Origin: a bacterium | Lineage (GTDB): Bacteria; Elusimicrobiota; Elusimicrobia; UBA1565; UBA9628 | NCBI GenBank assembly: GCA_021822495.1 | Contig: JAKAQO010000003.1 | Span: 83,227-147,226 of the forward strand | DNA length: 64,000 bases | Direction of reading: 5' to 3' | Shown here: positions 57,899 to 64,000 of the stretch, piece after piece | Layout: each line of letters opens with the position of its first letter | How positions within the stretch are numbered: position 1 is the stretch's first letter | Notes under the pieces: generated by a model | Seen by the model: only the letters and a program-made list of their open reading frames with translations | What the model was told of the DNA's origin: nothing | The model's database searches: none | Program-made: the position numbers and the translations under genes

Positions 57899-58730
57899 TG
57901 AGTATTTCCTCCACGGCGCGGTCCGCTTCCTCTTTGTTAGGAGCTTTTCCGTGCCAGGCAATGGCGTTTTCCATGAAGCTCACGCCCTTGCCTTTGACTG
58001 TTTTTGCGATAATGGCGTGCGGAACTTCGCCCGCTTTTTGCGCCAGAGATAAGGCCTTTTCGATTTGCGCAAAATCATGACCATCAATAGATGAAACTTC
58101 CCATCCGAAAGATTTGAGTTTATCTTCCATGGGATCAATGGGCAACACTTCATCAACATGCCCGTCAATCTGGCCGTTATTGTGATCCAAAATCATAACG
58201 AGGTTATCAAGCTTAAATTTAGGCGCCGCCATGAAGGCCTCCCAACATTGCCCTTCTTGAATTTCCCCATCTCCCAAGATAACGTAGGTTTTAAAGTCCT
58301 TTTTGTCTAATTTTGCGGCCATGGCCATTCCGAGACCCACTGAAAGCCCTTGACCCAAGGAGCCGCTTGAAAACTCAATGCCGGGAAGACGTAAGCGATC
58401 GGGATGGCCCTGAAGAGGGCTTCCCAATTTTCTGAGCGTCATCAAATTCTCCTTTGGAAAATAGCCGGTATGGGCCATGACCGCGTAAAGAGCGGGACAG
58501 GCATGACCCTTGGACAAGATTAAACGATCCCTATCGGCCCAATCAGGACGCTTCGGGTCATGCTTTAAGAATTTTAAATAGAGAACCGTTAAAATATCGA
58601 TGACCGACAAGGAACCTCCGGGATGGCCGGAGCCGGCCGCTTCAATCATGCGAATGATATCAACTCGAAGCTGTTTTGTGATTTCCTTGAACTCAACTGC
58701 CTGATTTGGAACTGTCGCCGTCTTACTCAT
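57891..58730 (-). CDS. Transketolase, N-terminal subunit
   Basis: SGHPGGSLS, LSKGHA, GSLGQG, GDGE TPP motif; SD GAGGTG before ATG 58730. Confidence 0.95.
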   Translation of the reverse strand: MSKTATVPNQAVEFKEITKQLRVDIIRMIEAAGSGHPGGSLSVIDILTVLYLKFLKHDPKRPDWADRDRLILSKGHACPALYAVMAHTGYFPKENLMTLRKLGSPLQGHPDRLRLPGIEFSSGSLGQGLSVGLGMAMAAKLDKKDFKTYVILGDGEIQEGQCWEAFMAAPKFKLDNLVMILDHNNGQIDGHVDEVLPIDPMEDKLKSFGWEVSSIDGHDFAQIEKALSLAQKAGEVPHAIIAKTVKGKGVSFMENAIAWHGKAPNKEEADRAVEEILNA

Positions 58731-58782
58731 AACAACACCTCTCGCAAACGCTTTAAAGAAAGACTTTCTAATCCCATTATAA

Positions 58783-59817
58783 CTAAATCCTAGGATATTG
58801 CAAATTTTTAATGAGTTCCAGAAGCGGGTCTCGTATCTTTTCATACGGGACATCCCGACAGGAATTCCAATCCTCGCTTTTAAAAGCGTAATCTCTTTGT
58901 CCTCCGCTATTCCAAATAGCATAGGTATAACCGGTATGAATGGCAAAGGTTGGGGTCCCCACGGCAATGGCCAGATGGGTCGTTCCGGTCGTATTGCAAA
59001 AAAATAAATTCATCTTTTTCATTAAGGCCGCAAGAATCCCCAATGGGACGGAACTGATAATCGGAATAGATAAGGCCGCTTGATTGAGTATTTCTTGCGT
59101 TTTTTGTTTTTCTCCGGGTCCCGCAAGGCAAAAAACCTCCATGGCCGGGTTCTCAAGAATCTCTTGAATCAAACGCGTAAAATAATTTCCCCGCCAGCAA
59201 GAGCTTTCGCGCTTGAAATTTCCCATATGAACAAGAATCCGAAAAGAAGCGCCTTGCCTTTTCGGAAGAGACCCCCAAATTTTATCCGCTCCTTCGCTAT
59301 CGCCCGGAGACGAATGCAGTTCCAAGCGCGGTTCATAAGGCGCGGCTAACGCCCGGGCCAAGCGCTCATACCGCTTGAGCATCGGTTCATCATCCTCCGC
59401 GCGAGAGACGGTGTAATTATAAATTCCCTCGGCGCGGATTTTCTCAAACGACAATTTAAAAGGAGCGCGCATCAGCTGGCACAAAAGAGAAGCCGTCTTG
59501 GAAAAAGAGGGATTTAAATCCACCACTAGGTCGCAGGGACGGAAAAGCGCGTAAAGAAGACTTGCGTGCCGCATTATTTCCGTCGGCTTTCCTAGAATCA
59601 CCCCTTTGTCAATAAACGGAATCAAAGGAAGAACTTCCGCCGAACGATAGCTCACTAAAAGACGAATGCGCGCCTTCGGGAAACGCGCCTCAAGACCGCG
59701 CAAAAACGGCGTTGCGACAATCACATCCCCCAGACGACCAATCCAGACAACCGTAATCGAATGAATCTCATCCGCGCGAATTTCTTGAAGGGACTGAAGA
59801 GGCGTTTTGAGCTTCAT
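58783..59817 (-). CDS. Glycosyltransferase family 9 (heptosyltransferase-like)
   Basis: RLGDVIVATP, NTTGTTHLAIAVGTP; start ATG 59817. Confidence 0.88.
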   Translation of the reverse strand: MKLKTPLQSLQEIRADEIHSITVVWIGRLGDVIVATPFLRGLEARFPKARIRLLVSYRSAEVLPLIPFIDKGVILGKPTEIMRHASLLYALFRPCDLVVDLNPSFSKTASLLCQLMRAPFKLSFEKIRAEGIYNYTVSRAEDDEPMLKRYERLARALAAPYEPRLELHSSPGDSEGADKIWGSLPKRQGASFRILVHMGNFKRESSCWRGNYFTRLIQEILENPAMEVFCLAGPGEKQKTQEILNQAALSIPIISSVPLGILAALMKKMNLFFCNTTGTTHLAIAVGTPTFAIHTGYTYAIWNSGGQRDYAFKSEDWNSCRDVPYEKIRDPLLELIKNLQYPRI

Positions 59818-59821
59818 ATCT

Positions 59822-60820
59822 TCAACAAAGAAGAGACTTAATCGCCTGATACGCTCGTTCGACCTCGATACCTCTGCAATCATGCCAGTCTCCCGCCAAA
59901 CCAAAATCCCGCTCCCCTGGAATGCGCCAAACCCGCCAAGCAGAGCCCGTGTAGATGGAAAAAGTGCGGACCCCAAGAGCCCCCGCGATATGAGAGGCGC
60001 CGTCTACGCTTGAGACGAACAAGTCCATTTGAAGAATGAACGCCGCCGCCTCCCGCAAGGGCCGGGGGCCAATAATCAGGGAAGATGAAACATCCATGTC
60101 TCGCGCAAGGCTCTCGACAAATTCTTTCTCTCCCGGCCCTGCCAAGAAAAAAAGAATAAAACCATCTTTTTTTAGCCGCTTCCCTAGTTCGACAAATTTG
60201 TCTCTTGGCCAGCGCGCCCCGGATTCCCTTTTTAAATCTCCGGGATGGATGAGAATTTTTTTTGCCTTGCCAAATTGATTCTCCCGATGAGCAATCTCGC
60301 TTTGGGCCAGTTCAATATCCGCTGGGTTTATCTTTAATTCCGTCCGCATTTCATAAGGAAGTCCAAGAGAATCGGCCATGCGTTGATAGCGAGAAAGCAT
60401 CGGTTCATCTTTATCTGGAGTTGGAACGCGAAACTGGAAGCTCTCGTTTTTCTTCCTTAAAAACCCTACTTTATATCGCGCGGAAATAAGATGCGAGAAA
60501 ATCCAGCCGCCGCGGGAAAAAGCCGGATTGGGATCAAGATCAATATAGAGGTCCCAGGTTCCTGAACTCAGCAGAAATTTCAAAAGCCTCAGATTTTGTC
60601 CAAGGTTCTCCGGGCGCCCAAGAATATGGAAACTGTTAATAAAAGGAATGAGGGGTAAGACCGCCGCGCTTTTGGCCGAACAAACCGCGACGATTTCAGC
60701 TTCCGGAAACTTTTGGCGAAGCCCGCGCAAAAAAGGGGTCGTCGCCACCCAATCGCCAATACGGCGCGGATAAAACATTAAAATCCGGCGCGGTTTTTCA
60801 GTCCAGAATTCCTTCATCAA
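59822..60820 (-). CDS. Glycosyltransferase family 9 (heptosyltransferase-like)
   Basis: RIGDWVATTP, IHPG, RWP, DGASHIAGALG. Confidence 0.88.
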   Translation of the reverse strand: MMKEFWTEKPRRILMFYPRRIGDWVATTPFLRGLRQKFPEAEIVAVCSAKSAAVLPLIPFINSFHILGRPENLGQNLRLLKFLLSSGTWDLYIDLDPNPAFSRGGWIFSHLISARYKVGFLRKKNESFQFRVPTPDKDEPMLSRYQRMADSLGLPYEMRTELKINPADIELAQSEIAHRENQFGKAKKILIHPGDLKRESGARWPRDKFVELGKRLKKDGFILFFLAGPGEKEFVESLARDMDVSSSLIIGPRPLREAAAFILQMDLFVSSVDGASHIAGALGVRTFSIYTGSAWRVWRIPGERDFGLAGDWHDCRGIEVERAYQAIKSLLC

Positions 60821-60829
60821 GCTCGTTTT

Positions 60830-61621
60830 TTAAAAAGAGTGTTCCGTGCCGGGGAATTTTCCTTGACGCACATCCTTAAGATACTCGCGCGCGGAAGAAA
60901 TCATCGTTTCTCGAAGACGCGCGTAGCGTTTGACGAATTTAAGACTGGGCCCTTTGGAAATCCCCCACAAATCATCGGAAACCAAAATTTGCCCGTCGCA
61001 ATGAACTCCGGCTCCAATTCCAATCGTGGGGATGGAAAGGCTCGCGGTAATTTTTCTCGCTAAACCCGACGGAACGCATTCAAGGACGACGGCAAAAGCC
61101 CCGGCTTTCTCAAGAGCTTTAGCGTCTTCCAAAATTTTCTTCGCGTTTTTGGGCTCTTTTCCTTGAACTTTATATCCCCCCAACTGGTTGACCGATTGAG
61201 GGGTGAGTCCCAAATGTCCCATAACGGGAATATGAATTTTTAAAAGCTCACGCACAATGTCCGTGACAAAACCGCCGCCTTCGATTTTAACCGCCTGGGC
61301 TCCGCCTTCTTTAATGAGCCGCCCGGCATTGCGCAAAGCTTCTTTCAAATCAATTTCATAACTGAGATACGGCATATCCGCCACAAGCAAGGGCCCGGAA
61401 ATTCCACGCTTGACCGCAAGAAGATGATGGAGCATTTCCTCCATCGTCACGGGAACCGTGCTTGAATATCCCAATTTGACCATCCCGAGGGAATCCCCGA
61501 CCAAAAGAACGTCCACTCCGCTTTCGCTTAAGATTTGAGCGGTCGGAAAATCATAGGCGGTCAAGGCCGCGATTTTCTCGCCTTTTTTCTTCATCTCGAT
61601 AAGAGACTGATGTGTCATCAT
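60830..61621 (-). CDS. panB: 3-methyl-2-oxobutanoate hydroxymethyltransferase
   Basis: LTAYD, LVGDSLGM, VKIEGG, GHLGLTPQ, IGIGAG..CDGQ. Confidence 0.97.
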   Translation of the reverse strand: MMTHQSLIEMKKKGEKIAALTAYDFPTAQILSESGVDVLLVGDSLGMVKLGYSSTVPVTMEEMLHHLLAVKRGISGPLLVADMPYLSYEIDLKEALRNAGRLIKEGGAQAVKIEGGGFVTDIVRELLKIHIPVMGHLGLTPQSVNQLGGYKVQGKEPKNAKKILEDAKALEKAGAFAVVLECVPSGLARKITASLSIPTIGIGAGVHCDGQILVSDDLWGISKGPSLKFVKRYARLRETMISSAREYLKDVRQGKFPGTEHSF

Positions 61622-62133
61622 GAGAATAATTTAACACTTTGAGAAATGCCCTTCAATCGAGAAAACGCTTCTTGAACCGTTTCTCCAGAATGGAGCTTGG
61701 CCTTCGGCGCAATCTCGAACAAGGGAACTAAAACAAAAGCCCTCCGCGCGGCTTGTGGGTGCGGGATTTTAAGCCAAGCGGTTTTTACTTTCGCGTCTCC
61801 GTAAGCGATTAAATCAATATCCAAAGGGCGCGGTCCCCAACGAAGACCGGGTTTTCGTCCAGCAAGGGCTTCCAAACGCTTAAATTCAATGAGAAGCCCC
61901 ATCGCGCTTCGCGTCGTTTTGATTTTAAGGGCGCAGTTGAGAAATTTCCGGCGACTCGGGCCTAAAGGTTCGGTTTGATAGATTCGCGATTTTTTGAGGA
62001 CCTTAACTCCAGCAATTTTTCCGATGGATAAAATCGCCCTTTGCAGATGACTTGTCCGGTTTCCCACATTGCTTCCCAAGGAAAGGAGGCATTCAACAGC
62101 TTTCACAACTCTATTATTTTTTCTGAGCGGCAT
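61618..62133 (-). CDS. folK: 2-amino-4-hydroxy-6-hydroxymethyldihydropteridine diphosphokinase
   Basis: LSLGSNVG, FLN, RWGPRPLDIDL, IPHP...RAFVLVPL. Confidence 0.94.
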   Translation of the reverse strand: MPLRKNNRVVKAVECLLSLGSNVGNRTSHLQRAILSIGKIAGVKVLKKSRIYQTEPLGPSRRKFLNCALKIKTTRSAMGLLIEFKRLEALAGRKPGLRWGPRPLDIDLIAYGDAKVKTAWLKIPHPQAARRAFVLVPLFEIAPKAKLHSGETVQEAFSRLKGISQSVKLFS

Positions 62134-62548
62134 TTTGATAGAGGCGATGCAGGAAAAAGATAATTCCAAGCGAGATCATCAAAGCCCCGAGATTTCCCAC
62201 CCAACCGCGGAACACTCCCATCTGATAGGGCGAGCCTAGGTAGCCGTAATCCGCCAGGGTTTTAGTCCCTTTCCTCAATGAACTTAAGGTTGGGACAATG
62301 CCGACCTTATGATTATAGAGGAAAGGCATAGAACCAATAAGGACTTTGAAAAAAGGCCCTACTTTAGAAAAGAAACCGCCGTCGTAAACTAAAAGCGTCC
62401 ATAAAAGCCAGTAAAGAAGGCCCAAGGCGGCCAGAGTTCCAATCAAAACCGCGGCCAAATGAGTTGGATCATAAATGGGCTCATCCGGATTATCGTCGTC
62501 GCCAATCCAGCGCCCCAAGGCAGTCAAGAATAATTTAACCTTTTGCAT
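62114..62548 (-). CDS. Hypothetical membrane protein carrying an in-frame palindromic insertion
   Basis: Two hydrophobic segments; overlaps with both neighbours; ATG 62548. Confidence 0.65.
   Translation of the reverse strand: MQKVKLFLTALGRWIGDDDNPDEPIYDPTHLAAVLIGTLAALGLLYWLLWTLLVYDGGFFSKVGPFFKVLIGSMPFLYNHKVGIVPTLSSLRKGTKTLADYGYLGSPYQMGVFRGWVGNLGALMISLGIIFFLHRLYQNAAQKK
62268..62326. repeat. 59-bp imperfect palindrome (MITE/RPE-like) inside a CDS
   Basis: 26-bp arms CCTTTCCTCAATGAACTTAAGGTTGG / CCGACCTTATGATTATAGAGGAAAGG, 7-nt loop, no indels. Confidence 0.75.
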
Positions 62549-63215
62549 TTTGGCTGAACAAATCTTCCATTCCATAAAGCCCGGGGTTTCGAGAATGAAC
62601 CCACGCGGCGGCTTCCAAAGCTCCTTTCGCAAACACGTCCCGGCTGTGCGCCAAATGGGTTATTTTCAGGCGCTCAAAAGGCCCGGCCAAAACGAGCGTG
62701 TGCTCGCCGACCACATCCCCAATGCGGGAGGAAAGAATCTCAACCTTGCGGCCTAAAACAGAGGCCAAAGCCTTCCCGGTGCCGGACGGCGCGTCTTTTT
62801 TGGCCTTGTGATGGGTTTCCAGAATCGAGAGATCATAAGCGGGCAAAGCCTTCGCCGCCTCTTTCGCCAAGCGCTTCATCCAAAAGATTCCCGGGCTGAA
62901 ATTAGGCGATAAAAAAATCGGGATTTTTCTCGACGCCGCCTTGATTTGAGACATTTGAGAATTTGAAAATCCGGTCACGCCAATAACGACGGCTATTTTG
63001 CTTGTAACCGCTTTCCTCAAGGCCGTTAAAGAACTCTCAGGCGTTGAAAAGTCGATGAGAACGTTCAAATTCGACCAAGGAGCCCGCGCAAAATTGTCGC
63101 GCGCAATCTGAGCCGCAAGCTGAAAGCGAGAATCTTCCCGGGCCAAGGCGCAAACCCGCGTCCCCATGCGACCTAAAGAACCTACAACCCCTAACTTTAG
63201 AGCGTGTTTCATCAA
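62535..63215 (-). CDS. dapB: 4-hydroxy-tetrahydrodipicolinate reductase
   Basis: GSLGRMG, IDFS, GVTG, ETHHKAKKDAPSGT, HSRDVFAKGA. Confidence 0.95.
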   Translation of the reverse strand: MMKHALKLGVVGSLGRMGTRVCALAREDSRFQLAAQIARDNFARAPWSNLNVLIDFSTPESSLTALRKAVTSKIAVVIGVTGFSNSQMSQIKAASRKIPIFLSPNFSPGIFWMKRLAKEAAKALPAYDLSILETHHKAKKDAPSGTGKALASVLGRKVEILSSRIGDVVGEHTLVLAGPFERLKITHLAHSRDVFAKGALEAAAWVHSRNPGLYGMEDLFSQNAKG

Positions 63216-63289
63216 GACCTTTATTTTATCAGTTCTTGCCCGCCCTCAGGCCCTTATTAAAAAAGATCTGGGCCGAGCGGGTTTGATTT

Positions 63290-63812
63290 TCAAAGACCTA
63301 TGGCCGCGAGGCCTTCTTGCCAGAAAAGAGCGTCGATTTTCCCAAATTTTTGAGGGTGGGGATCGAGCGAAAAACAAAAGGCTTGAATTTGAGGCTCGGT
63401 TTCAATAAAACGCGCTAAATGGCGCATATCTTTTTCCTGAACGCGAGAGGAAGATTTAATTTCGATAAAAATAGGATTCTGTCCAGGCCTTTCGGCCACG
63501 AGATCAATTTCAGCTCCATCTTTAGTCCTCAAGTAAGAAAAACGGAAATTTGCCCGCAGGTATGAGTTGCGACGATGAGCTTCCAGAATCACCAGGTGCT
63601 CGAAAGCTCGACCGAACTCCACGGAACGGGGCGACAAAGGATATTCCACCATCCGGGCCAAGGCCCTCTGGACTCCGAGGTCAAAGAAATAAAATTTTGG
63701 ATTTTTGCGCTGCTGTTTGCGGATATTTTTTCCATAGGGCGCAAGCAAAACGCCTAAAAGAGTGTCTCCCAAAATTTCAAATTTTAACAGGGGATAAAAT
63801 TCTCTGGAACAT
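63290..63812 (-). pseudogene. AAA+/DUF4143 ATPase pseudogene with large internal deletion
   Basis: TATAAT then ATG 63812 encodes MFQRILSPVKI*. An out-of-frame C-terminal half (FEILGDTLLG, PKFYFFDLGV, AEIDL..IEIK) follows with no Walker A/B. Confidence 0.75.
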
Positions 63813-63835
63813 ACTCCATTATTATACTCCAAAAA

Positions 63836-63849
63836 TGGAGTATGCTCCA
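63836..63849 (-). terminator. Putative intrinsic terminator
   Basis: TGGAG-CATA-CTCCA followed by TTTTT on the minus strand, just after stop 63867. Confidence 0.5.
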
Positions 63850-63866
63850 CTTTTATTTTTCACGCT

Positions 63867-64000
63867 TTACGGAAGTCCGCTCGGCCAAACGGGTTGAATC
63901 TCTTCCCACGACACGCGGGAATAACTGGTCCGGGTCACATTGAGATTGTTGCCAACGTTCGAGTTATAATAAACCGCGACATGAGAATTGGAATTGAGAT
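63867..64000 (-). CDS. C-terminal fragment of a gene entering from the window edge (possibly PilX-like)
   Basis: Open frame LNSNSHVAVYYNSNVGNNLNVTRTSYSRVSWEEIQPVWPSGLP*; the SWxE ending is typical of PilX-type proteins. Confidence 0.45.
   Translation of the reverse strand, partial: LNSNSHVAVYYNSNVGNNLNVTRTSYSRVSWEEIQPVWPSGLP

Noticed and set aside
1..64000. CRISPR array, rRNA, prophage, intact IS, and the many short antisense ORFs in the track
   Set aside because: No regularly spaced repeats, or integrase, transposase or phage motifs, were seen by eye; the short ORFs are shadows of well-supported genes.

Overview
A densely coding, mostly housekeeping bacterial chromosome segment (roughly 50% GC, no CRISPR array, rRNA, prophage or intact transposase seen). 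The gene content suggests a diderm with type IV pili; Elusimicrobiota is my guess and is not established here. Recognisable genes include mfd (5'-truncated), two parvulin foldases, ybeY, phoH, glgC, thyX, clpP, pilB-pilT-pilC, uvrC, a tRNA nucleotidyltransferase, dnaE, a LacD-type aldolase plus pfk, ahcY, a delta-9 desaturase, tRNA-Leu(CAA)-alaS, def-fmt-PASTA-rpe-rpsP-khpA-trmD-rplS-rnhB-yraN, split transketolase, two GT9s, panB-folK and dapB. The notable signals are: (1) a 16-bp palindrome (TGGGCCTAAAGGCCCA type, DosR/NarL-box-like) centred exactly 42.5 nt upstream of the start codon, with identical -10 geometry, at two unlinked loci encoding exported proteins (a signal-peptide protein kinase with a 739-aa unknown partner, and a lytic transglycosylase), a candidate uncharacterised secreted-protein regulon; (2) pervasive leaderless promoters; (3) a 59-bp palindrome inserted in frame (22 codons) in a membrane protein gene; (4) a 124-bp hairpin-containing unit that duplicates the tRNA-Leu 3' end; (5) a cNMP/pseudo-ParA/patatin fusion coupled to a Nudix gene, and a HAMP-TolC-exported patatin-TPR cassette; (6) a loop-deleted CC-adding enzyme, a PPi-type PFK, a His-less exported CbiX homologue, no rimM in its usual operon, and an internally deleted AAA/DUF4143 pseudogene.
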